DNA from: Octopus sinensis
Lineage: Eukaryota
Assembly (NCBI RefSeq): GCF_006345805.1
Contig: NC_043026.1
Location: 2,790,001-2,854,000 of the forward strand
Direction: 5' to 3'
DNA: 64,000 nucleotides
Part shown: in pieces, positions 52,245 to 63,100 of the stretch
How the letters are laid out: every line of letters begins with the position of its first letter
Numbering within the stretch: the stretch's first letter is position 1
The notes under the pieces: generated by a model
The model's database searches: none
The model's input: only the letters and a program-made list of their open reading frames with translations
Told to the model about the DNA's origin: nothing
Position numbers and translations under genes: made by a program

Positions 52245-54218
52245 GTTTCAGGTTTTGGCACAAGACAAGAAATTTGGGAGAAAAGGCTAAATTGATTAGA
52301 TCAACCCCAGTACACAACTGGTATTTATTTTATTGACTATGAAAAGATAGAAGGTAAAGTTGGCCATGGTGAATTTTGAACTCGGGAAAATAAAGTCGGA
52401 TGAAATGCCGCTCAGCATTTTGCCCGGCTGCTAACGATTCTGCCAGTTCCCCACTTGAATAATAATAATAATAATAACCACAGATTTGCTTGTCAGTTGT
52501 TTGACCTTAAACCAGTTGAGCATGTCCCTTAGTGGCTGATGATATGTGCATCTCTGATCACAAGCAGAAGTAGTGGGGAAGCATCATAGCCATGTGTTGA
52601 GAGGCATTCTTTAGGGTTTGGATAATTCACCTCTGGAAACATGGGTGTTTCGTTCAACCTCCTTAAACCTTATTGAGCGGGATGGGCTACTCGACTTGTA
52701 GCAGATTCTAACCTACAAGGTCATGTGCTGTTTATCTTGATATGAGATCACCATGTTGCGCACATATGGTTGTGATGCATGTGCCTAGTGTACCCTTATC
52801 AGACGGGTAGTCATGATGGGTATACTGGGCTTCGTATATTTGTAACCCAGAGTCACTTTGATGGCATGCACTGCTCTCTCACTCAATAATAATAATAATA
52901 ACAATGTTTTCTTTTTACTAATACTTTCTTTACTAATCACAGTGTTTACAAACAGATCAAGGATGGCAATACAATATGGTAGGATTTTGGGGTTACATGA
53001 TTCCCTGCAAATAGTAAAGAAGAATCAAATGAAAGCTACTCAATATTCTCTCGAAGAGTGTGAGATCCCAGTAACCCTGACCCTCTCCTTATCCTTCCTC
53101 AATCCACAGGCCCATGCTCAATGACTGGGTATGGTTAATCCTTCAGCATTATTTAAACCAGCAATATCCAGCTAAAATAGTCCCCCTGTTTTATGCTCAA
53201 ACTGGCCAGACATGACCTCTCAAAGCTACAAGATAATGCCTGGTTAATCAGAAGCAACGTGGATAAATAAGGATTACATTTAGATGGATTAAGGATTAAG
53301 TCAAACTGTATCCTGCTCTGCTACTAAGTTTATTCTTTGGAAACTAAAGAATAATTCATTCATGTTTAACCATTTAGCATTTAAACTGGCCATATCCAGC
53401 TAAAATACTCCACTTATTTTATGTTTAAACAGGCCTGGTCTGGCTTCTTGCACAAGCCCTACAATGTCATTCTAAAATCTAACAGTTACCCCCATCAAAA
53501 TCTGAAGGCTACAAGATAATTCCTGATTAATCCAAAACAATGTGGATAATAAAGGATTACAGTTGAAAATGTAATCTGAAGGCTAAAGGATTGAGTCAAG
53601 CTGTCTCCTGCTCTGCTACCAAAATTATTCTTTGATAACAAAACAATACTTAATTCCTGTCTCTTATTAAATTTTCAAAGCTACAGGATTAATGCCTGAT
53701 AATCCAAAGCAATGTGGATAATCATTACTTTTGACTGACTGAACTAAATGCTAAAGAGTTAAGGGTTAAGATTGTGGTTTCAATTCCTGGACCTGACAAT
53801 GCATTGGGATCTTGAGCAAGTCATTTCATTCCACGTTGCTCCAGTTTGCTCAGTTGGCAAAAATGAGATAATCCTGCGATGGATTAGCATCCCATCCCAG
53901 TGGTGAATATATACGCTCTGGAAATCAGGAAGCTTGCCTTGTGAGTTTATATGGCCCAGGAACGATCGTTTCTTATATTTAATAATCCTTTCTACTGGAA
54001 GCACAAGGCCTCAAATTTGGGGGAAGGGATTAAGTCAATTACATTGACCCCTGTGCATAACTGACGCCAAAAGGATGAAAGGCAAAGTTGACTTTGGCAG
54101 AATTTGAACTCAAAGCATAAAGGCAGACGAAATACTGCTAAGCGTTTCAGCCAGCATGCTAACGATTCTGCCATCTCGCCACCTTGTTTCTTATATTTAA
54201 TAATAATAGTTCATCATC

Positions 54219-54260
<42 letters not shown>

Positions 54261-54576
54261 GTTGTTCTTAGCTAAGTGAAGTCACAGTCATCCCAACCTA
54301 CAGACTTGTCCTTTACAGGTACTGGTGTCACATAAAACACACTCGTCCAGTGCTGCATGAGCACAACTGTGCCAGTGGCACATAAAGAGCACCCTGTTCA
54401 CTCTGTTGAGTGGTTGGCATTAGGAAGGGCCTCGTCCAGCCGTACAAACCATGCCACAACAGACATTTCAGTGTCTGGACAGCTCCTCTGCTGACCACCT
54501 CTGCTCAAACTGTCCAATCCATGCCAACATGGAAAATGGCTGTTAAATGATTATGTTCATGTCATTGTTATTGCAG

Positions 54577-54693
54577 GAGTTGGAGAAGAAGAAAAGAGCG
54601 AAAGGTGGGGATGTGAAGTTGTCGAAGCAACAGGAAGAGAAACTACAGATGGCATTGAAGAAGGAGGCACAGATCCGCAGTAATATACGGATG
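54577..54693 (+). CDS. GCN1: GCN1 exon (ELEKKKRAKGGDVKLSKQQEEKLQ...EAQIRSNIRM)
   Basis: ttgcag| and |gtaaga, 117 nt; matches human EIKKKKGIKEEVQLTSKQKEMLQ...EAQVR. Confidence 0.93.
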
Positions 54694-55497
54694 GTAAGAA
54701 GAGTGTTCTGCTTCATGGGTGGGTGCATGCGTGTTTGTGTGTAAGTAATCATCGAACAATGAGTGTGAATGCTCAATACCACTTCAATGGATGGGACTTT
54801 CCATGACTTTTCGTGTTTTAATCTTTGATGGAGACAAAGATCTATTTTTCAGTGTGATTGGCCTGAAGAATTGTTAAGGTAAATGCTAACATGAAACCAA
54901 TGGTAGCCTTAGCACACAAATAAAGTATGACCGCGTGTGTACCGTTGGTGATTTTTTTTCCTCTGTCTTCCCTTCTCTGGATCTTTCCTTCTCCTATGTT
55001 TCCGACTAAGAGCTCCGCTCGAAATGTTAAACCCTCCTTCTTTCCTGAGCGTCCAATAATACTATATTTGTTCCACGTCCTCGCATTGTTGTGTTTTTTT
55101 GTGCTTTCTTGTTTGGATTAACTATATATATATATATCAAAATGTGACCTCGTGTATACCGTTGGTGATTTTTTTTTCCTCTGTCTTTCCTTCTCCTATG
55201 TTTCCGACGAAGAGCTCCGCTCGAAACATTAAACCCTCCTTCTTTCCTGAGCGTCTAATAATACTATATTTGTTCCACGTTGTTGTGTTTTTTTGTGCTT
55301 TCTTGTTTGCATTAACTATATATATATATATATATATAATATATATAATGTACTGTTCTGTGATAAAAAAAATTCATCAAAAAAGTACTCCATCTGGTGA
55401 GAGATGAATACTGTTTACTTAAAGGACACAATACATGTCTTTAAGTGCTGCTAATAGTTTCATGTGTTATTCAGTTTTTTTAGTTCATTTGTGGTTT

Positions 55498-55552
55498 GTG
55501 CCTGATGAATATGTTTGAGACATTTCTCAACATATGAAACTCTTAATAACAC
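55498..55552 (+). ncRNA. Hammerhead-like motif with long helix II and mutated cleavage triplet
   Basis: GTGC-CTGATGA-ATATGTT t GAGA catt TCTC AACATAT-GAAAC-tctta-ATA-ACAC. Confidence 0.55.
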
Positions 55553-55737
55553 TTCAAGACATGTATTGTGTACTTTAAATAAATTATATATATATATATA
55601 TGTCTGTGTATGTGTGTGTGTGTGTATATACCCAAGTAAGCACATAAATGTGAAACAGGGTGGGGAAAATAGTACTCAAATACCAGATGCTTTATTGTTA
55701 TTAAAGCTGCAAAAGCATCACAAAAATGTGACAAAAA

Positions 55738-55779
55738 AACTGCTACTCAGAGTTTCACATTCCTGTTCATCAGGCAGTT
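55738..55779 (-). ncRNA. Type I hammerhead motif (family A), inverted twin of 55804-55845
   Basis: Minus strand: AACTGC-CTGATGA-ACA ggaa TGT-GAAAC-tctga-GTA-GCAGTT. Confidence 0.75.
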
Positions 55780-55803
55780 GTGATGAAGAATATTTATCAT
55801 CAC

Positions 55804-55845
55804 AACTGCCTGATGAACAGGAATGTGAAACTTTGAGTAGCAGTT
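55804..55845 (+). ncRNA. Type I hammerhead motif (family A)
   Basis: AACTGC-CTGATGA-ACA ggaa TGT-GAAAC-tttga-GTA-GCAGTT. Confidence 0.75.
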
Positions 55846-55882
55846 TTTTGTGATGCTTTTCCAGCTGTAATAATAAAGTATA

Positions 55883-55915
<33 letters not shown>

Positions 55916-57264
55916 TAAAACGGGAAGGTTTATGAAAATAAACAAAAGACGAAGGCAGGTGGAGTACAAACAAACAAATGTATTAGTATGGCGCTCAGGA
56001 ATAGAAATAAAACAAGTCTTTTACGTTTCGAGCCTACGCTCTTCGACAGAAAGATACACAGAAAAGAAACAAGGAGAGAAAAAAATTGCGTGTAGGATCC
56101 AACATGTGGTTTACAAGATTCAGATCTTTTCCTCTTGAAGGGCAGATCAAGAAATTAATTTTTTGTAACTAAACACTTTCAAACTTCAGACACTGGTAGA
56201 ATGTGTCATATAGAACATCTTTTACTCTTAGTGTTGTTGAGAAAAGTTTCTATTTACGAAGTTATTTCGTGTTAAAGTTGCCATATTTCGGTAATTTCAA
56301 CCAATCAATGGCATGTATTCAGCTGAATAAAATTACTGCTGTTGTTTGTCAGCAACAACTATCAGAGGTGTATATTTCGTTTGTCACTTATTTATGACAT
56401 ATTTCATCTCAGTTACATTTTTATGAATAAATGAGTGTATCTGAAGCGTGTTTACTTCATGGCACCACCACAATCGTTTGTTTTTTTAATGTCCGGTACC
56501 CATATATGCATGTATATATACATATATATGTAGGTATGAACATATATGTATGTATATATGCATATATTTATATATTATTTATACTATTATATGACTGAAC
56601 ATCACACATCCTTTTCCAAGTAAGTTTTATCTTAATAATTACGATGCACACTCTTATTCTGTCTATCTCCCTCTTTTGTTCTTCCTTTCTGTTTTTCTCT
56701 CCCACCCTTTCCCTATTCTTCTCTTCTCCCCTTCACCGTTCCCTCACTCTCTCTCACTCTTCCACCTTGACTCTCTCATTGCTCACATGTGACCAACAGC
56801 TATCTTTCTTTCTTCCACTTCCTTCCTGAAGACAAGACGTGCTTTTACCTCTCTCTTCTCAAAGCTCATTTTTCCAGCATTCACCACTTCACATCGTCTT
56901 GGCTTAAAGCAGCCCTCACCGTTTGATTTCACTGTTTTCTTCTCACTGTCCTGTTTTTGTTACCACTTTCACCCCCCGCAAGAAATCCCAAATTTTATTT
57001 GATTTGCTTCTTGGGAAGGACTGTTTTAACGAATATTCTTTTTGTTGCACGTCTCGTTTCCCTGTTTATATTTTTCATTGTCCGAAAAAAGTTTGTTTTC
57101 TAGGTTTTTGTTTCTCATTCTTTTTTTATGTCCTGTACCCATATATACATGTATATATATTCATATATATATGTAGGTATGTACATATATGTATGTATAT
57201 ATGCATATATTTATATATTATTTATATTATTATTATTATATATATATATACACACACACACATA

Positions 57265-57813
57265 CGAGGGTGAGTCAAAAAGTAATGCCATTTTGTTTAG
57301 GACAGGTATAATTACCAACACAGGAACATGTATCATACATCAAAATGAAGCTGGTCCTCTGTGGATCTCATCCCTACTTCTCAACATAGTCACTGTTTCT
57401 CTCAATAGCAATGTTCCACCTTTGAATGAGAGCATGTATCCCTGCCCCGTAAAATTCTGTTGACTGTTCGTCGAGTCACTTCTTCAATACAGGTTTCACT
57501 TCTTCGTCACTGGAATAATGTTTGCCTCGCAAACCCTCTTTCATGGGGCTGAAGAGATGATAGTCCAGTGACGAAGAAGTGAAAACTGTAGTGAAGATGT
57601 GGCTCAAAGAACAGTCAACAGAATTTTACGGGGCAGGGATACATGCTCTCATTCGATGGTGGATCATTGCCATTGAGAGAAACGGTGACTATGTTGAGAA
57701 GTAGGGATGAGATCCACAGAGGACCAGCTTCATTTTGATGTATGATACATGTTCCTGTGTTGGTAATTATACCTGTCCTAAACAGAATGGCATTACTTTT
57801 TGACTCACCCTTG
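57265..57813. mobile_element. Fold-back made of two inverted mariner 3' ends
   Basis: Termini CGAGGGTGAGTCAAAAAGTAATGCC; transposase remnant DYHLFSPMKEGLRGKHYSSDEEVK...GIHALIQRWNIAIERNSDYVEK* on one arm, with the shared C-terminal portion on the other. Confidence 0.85.
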
Positions 57814-57893
57814 TTCATGTGTGTGTGTGTGTACAGATATATATTCAGATACACACACATACTCATCGCCAAATCTACTTGTTTACATTTCAG

Positions 57894-58086
57894 CTGAACA
57901 ACAAACTGGTGCGTTGCTGCAATACGCTGCACTCTGCAATCAAAGGTGACTGCAATGCTGTGTGCATGTTCATGTCTAACCTGTGTCAGGTGCTCATTCC
58001 TCTGCTCTACTCGCCGCTTGCTGCTGCACCTGTTTGTCGGCTCCTCATCACCCTTGGCAATTCTGCATTCATGGACAAACAGTTTG
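57894..58086 (+). CDS. GCN1: GCN1 exon (LNNKLVRCC...PLLYSPLAAAPV...KQF)
   Basis: tttcag| and |gtaagt, 193 nt; matches human PLLKSPLAAP. Confidence 0.9.
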
Positions 58087-58781
58087 GTAAGTGTTCAGTC
58101 GATTTTGTTGCATATGGCTGGGTGTATGCATAAAAAGAGAGGATGTGTGTGTGTATGCGTATGTGTTTTCTTGTCTGTGCATGTGTGTGTTTGCTTATAT
58201 GTGTGTGTGACATCAGGTGTTACAGGTGTGTAATTATTTTTCACCCACTTTCCAAGTTGACTTGGGTCAGGTAAATTTTGGCCCAAGTTGGGAGGAGGTG
58301 GCCTAAGTCAACTGCCTTGACCCCAGTGCTCAAGTGATCCTTGTTTCATCAACCCTGTAAAAAAGGAAAGATTAAGTGACACTTGGCAGAATTTGAACTC
58401 AGAACGTAAATTGGTTGACATTAAAAATGCATCCAGCTGTGGAAACCATATCCACAACAGACAGTTGGAGTCTGGACAGCTGACCGTCCAACCCATGCCA
58501 GCATGGAAAGCAGACGTTAAATGATGAAGATGGTGATACACACACACTTTATCTTGGAAACAAACAATGAGATGGAAAACAAAAACATCCGTTGTCTGAT
58601 CTCAATGCTTGTTTCTGTCTGACATTTTGATACGAAACGTTTTAGCAAGAAATCAGTCTTGGCTATAATTTCTATCGAATATCTGTAGAAATGACCTTAA
58701 CAAAATAATGTACAAAGCACTGCTAACACAGCAGGACGTGGTAGTGACTTCTAAAACTCATTTAATATACTTTATAGTATA

Positions 58782-58937
58782 CAGTAGACTTTGGATACAA
58801 CGGACAATCACTTATAATGGACAAAATTGTCCAGTCCGAATTTTCAGTGCATGGTACAAACAAGTTTCATTTTGTTTTCGATTTTGATGGACAAATTTTC
58901 CCAGTTCTGAGATGTTTGTTATAGCCAAAGTCTACAG
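58782..58937. mobile_element. pogo/Tigger-like MITE
   Basis: TA|CAGTAGACTTTGGATACAAC ... GTTATAGCCAAAGTCTACAG|TA. Confidence 0.65.
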
Positions 58938-59364
58938 TATTATGGTTGCACAATGAAATACCAAATCAGGAATATAAATATTTTGTTGAGGTTATTTCTA
59001 CAGATATTATCGGTAGAAATTATAGCCAGGACTGATTTCCTGCTACAACATTTCATATCGAAATGTCAGACGGAAACAAACAATGAGATCAAAGAGAAAA
59101 ACATCTGTTGTTTGTTCTCATTGTTTATCTCATTGTTTGTTTACATCTGACATCTCGATAGGAAAGGTTTTAGCAAAAAATCAGAGCCAACCATAATTTC
59201 TATGGAATATCAATAGAATAATGTGAAAAACACTGCTAACAAAGTAGAATGTGGTGTTGACTTCTAAAACGATTTAATATATTTTACAGGAATTTATGGT
59301 TGCATAATGAAATCCCTACAAATCAGGAATAAAACTTTATCTTGTGTCTATTTGTTTATTGTAG

Positions 59365-59984
59365 GTGAAATGGTGAGCCATGCCACTGTCCGAGCTCTCA
59401 AGCCATACTGCCAGCTGGAGTCGCAGTGGACACAGGAAGATGAAGTGCAGCAGATTGAGCGAATGGTTCAGTTACTGCATGATCGTGTTCAAGCCCGGGT
59501 TGGTGGAGGGCCAAAACACCCATTTCCGGCCTCCACGTTTGCCTATTTTTTCCACCTGCTGTCCGTGGCCCTGTCTGGCCAACATTGCCCCGTGAACGAT
59601 GCCAGCACCACCTGCTTGCGTGCCCTTCAGCTGATCGTATGCCACGCTCGCATAAGGCTCAAAACGCACGGTGGGGTCGGGGGGGGCGACGACAACAACA
59701 ACAAGAACAGTGCTAAGTCAAAGAACAGCAAGAAAAGGAGGAAGAAGAGGAAGAACAACGAAAACGAGAAGAATGAAGGTGGTGGTGGTGGTGGCCAAAA
59801 GAAGCAGGGAGAGATTGGGGACATTCACCAAGATGAACAGGTAGAGAAGATAAGGGAGAAGGTGATGATGATGGGGATGGTGAGAATGGAGGAAGACATG
59901 GACGAGCAAGAGGAGGAGGAGAAAGGTGGCGGCGGCGGTGACTGTAGGCTGAGCCATGAAGATGAGGAAATCCTTAGAAAACTG
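59365..59984 (+). CDS. GCN1: GCN1 exon (GEMVSHATVRALKPYC...) including a low-complexity insert of about 100 aa
   Basis: ttgtag| acceptor; 5' part matches human GTLVSHVTLRLLKPEC. The best phase-0 donor is CTG|gtgagt at 59984, but weaker in-frame donors exist at 59675, 59840 and 59861, so the 3' boundary is uncertain. Confidence 0.8.
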
Positions 59985-60005
59985 GTGAGTCCCTTCTACG
60001 TTTGT

Positions 60006-60320
60006 TGTTGTTTAACCCCTGGTCACTCCTGATCCAGTGGACCTATGATCAAAGACGTTCCAGCTGTGACCATCCTGTCTTTTATTCAGAAATAGTCTAT
60101 CTAGGACTACATTATCTAATGTGTTCTTCTTTATAGTTGTTTAACCCCTGGTCAGTCCTGATCCAGTGGACCTATGATCAAAGACGTTCCAGCTGTGACC
60201 ATCCTGTCTTTTACTCAGACATAATGTATCTAGGACTACATTATCTAATGTGTCCTTCTTTATTGTTGTTATCCTGTAGATTTCTGATCAAAGATGTTCC
60301 ATTTGTGACCCTCCTCTCTT
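60006..60320. repeat. Tandem duplication of about 130 bp (2 copies plus a partial) filling most of the intron between the last two exons
   Basis: gtttaacccctggtca...ctaggactacattatctaatgtg occurs twice. Confidence 0.85.
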
Positions 60321-60355
60321 TTCATTGTCTCTCTCTCTCTCTCTCTCTTTCACAG

Positions 60356-60583
60356 TATGACCCTCAGTTGTTGCCCCATAAACCACTCCTGCAGCTGCTA
60401 ATCAAACTGATTGGCACGGTGACTTCAACCAAGATCCAGGACCTCTCCAACACTGCCTTGATTGAGGTGGCACACAGCCTCAGTGGCAACATTGACTGTG
60501 CCTTTCCTTCCAACGAAGATATTTCTGTTATGCTGTTGGCGCTTGAGGCCCCGTCTCTCTCGGTCAAGAGAGCTGTCTTAGAG
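60356..60583 (+). CDS. GCN1: GCN1 exon (YDPQLLPHKPLLQLLIKLIG...SVKRAVLE); last exon found in window
   Basis: cacag| and |gtcagt, 228 nt; matches human GPELLPRVAMLRLLTWVIG...ASVRETVL. Confidence 0.92.
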
Positions 60584-62380
60584 GTCAGTTCACAGTTTGT
60601 TTACCTTTTCTGATGCTGCTGTTGCTGGTCGTGTAGTACGGATATGTTAGTGTGTGTGTGTGTGTGTGTTTGTGTGTATATAGATGTTTGTTTATGAGTG
60701 TGTATACATATATATGTGTGTGTGTGGTTCAGTGGTTAGAGTGTCAGGCCCACAATCATGAGGTTGTGAGTTTGATTCTCAGACCGGGCTGTGTGTTGTG
60801 TTCTTGAGCAAGGCACTTTATTTCACGTTGCTCCAGTTCACTCAGCTGTAGAAATGAGTTGTGATGTCACTGGTGCCAAGCTGTATCGGCCCCTTTTGCC
60901 TTTCCCTTGGACAACATCGGTGGCACAGAGAGGGGAGACTGGTATGCATGGGCAACTGCTTGTCCTTCATACACAACCTTAGCTGGACATGTGCCTCGGA
61001 TGGGGAACTCTCTAGGTGCAATCCCGTGGTCATTCATGACTGAAGGGGTCTTCATATAATTGACTGTGTTTGTGTATGAGATGTATATTTGTGAAAGTGT
61101 GTATATGTATATATTGTGTGTGTAAATATATGTATATATAGGTGATAGTGTGTATGTGTACATGTAAATACATGTGTGTATACATATATAACACAAAACC
61201 AAAAGTTGGAAAATACTTTGCTATTATTCATTCACCATTACACATGTTTCGTTTGCCAATAGGAGTTGCAAAGTTCTCTATGTAGAATAGACACGTAAGA
61301 CATTTATTAGAAATTCTTCAGGCAGAATCAAAAATACAGAATTTAGATTTGGATAGATCTAACAACAGCAACCGGCATATTGGATTGTAAGAATGGTATA
61401 ACCAGATTTGCTCCAAGAGGGCAAAACTTGAATTTTAACCTGACCCACATAATATATATCATCATCATCATCATCTAATGTCTATTTCCCATGCTGACAT
61501 GGATTGGACGGTTTGTCTGGGACAAACCAGAGAGCTGCACCAGGTTCCAGTTTTGGTTTCTATGGCAGGATGCGCTTCCTAACATCGACCACTCCAAGAG
61601 TGTAATGGCTGTCTTTTTACGAGTCACACACACGTTTGTGTGTGTGTGTGTGTGTATACTGTCATAGCACTGTGTAACCTGAATTTTGTCCTTGGGTAGC
61701 GACTGTTATTTCTTATTTGCTGACCCCTACAAAGTATGAGAAATGGCTAATATTTCCTTCAAGCTTTGCTTTTATAATGTTTATTGAAACCCCAAAGAAT
61801 CCCTCTCAACATGTAGTTATGATTTTTTTCCCACTACTCGGCCTGATTGGCCCCTGTGCCAGTGGCACGTAAAAGCACCCACTACACTCTCGGAGTGGTT
61901 GGCGTTAGGAAGGGCATCTAGCTGTAGAAACTCTGCCAGATCAAGATTGGAGCCTGGTGCAGCCATCTGGTTCGCCAGCCCTCAGTCAAAATCGTCCAAC
62001 CCATGATAGCATAGAAAGCGGACGTTAAACGATGATGATGATTTCTGTTCATGATCAGGGAGGCACATATCGTCAGCCACTAAGGGACATGCTGAAATGC
62101 TTGTGGTCAAGCAACTCAGTGCTGAATCTAAAATGGAAAATGGAGAATGGGTCAGTTTGAAAACATTGATGTCCAGGTGACAAAAGAAGCTAAGTTTGAA
62201 GGATAACTTGAAACATATACAAAACCAGTTTTGTTATGTGTATGTGTGTGGGGGTTTTTCATCATCATCATCGTTTAATGTATATCTCCCATGCATGCAT
62301 GGGTAGGACTGTTTGCAGGAGCTGGCCAGGTAGAAAAACTACCTGAGGCTACTGTAACTGTTTTGGCAGGGATTTTATGG

Positions 62381-63100
62381 CTGGATGCCCTTCCTAACAT
62401 TAACCACTCTGCAGAGTGGATTCAGTGCTTTATATGTGGCACGAAGCACAGGCGAGGTTAGTTTTGGCATGGTTTTTATGGCTGGATGCCCTTCCTAACA
62501 TTAACCACTCTGCAGATTGGATTCAGTGCTTTATATGTGGCACGAAGCACAGGCGAGGTTAGTTTTGGCATGGTTTTTATGGCTGGATGCCCTTCCTAAC
62601 ATTAACCACTCTGCAGAGTGGATTCAGTGCTTTATATGTGGCACGAAGCACAGGCGAGGTTAGTTTTGGCATGGTTTTTATGGCTGGATGCCCTTCCTAA
62701 CATTAACCACTCTGCAGAGTGGATTCAGTGCTTTATATGTGGCACGAAGCACAGGCGAGGTTAGTTTTGGCATGGTTTTTATGGCTGGATGCCCTTCCTA
62801 ACATTAACCACTCTGCAGAGTGGATTCAGTGCTTTATATGTGGCACGAAGCACAGGCGAGGTTAGTTTTGGCATGGTTTTTATGGCTGGATGCCCTTCCT
62901 AACATTAACCACTCTGCAGAGTGGATTCAGTGCTTTATATGTGGCACGAAGCACAGGCGAGGTTAGTTTTGGCATGGTTTTTATGGCTGGATGCCCTTCC
63001 TAACATTAACCACTCTGCAGAGTGGATTCAGTGCTTTATATGTGGCACGAAGCACAGGCGAGGTTAGTTTTGGCATGGTTTTTATGGCTGGATGCCCTTC
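62381..63100. repeat. 101-bp tandem repeat, 7 nearly identical copies plus a partial
   Basis: Unit starts at 62381, 62482, 62583, 62684, 62785, 62886, 62987, 63088. Confidence 0.95.
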
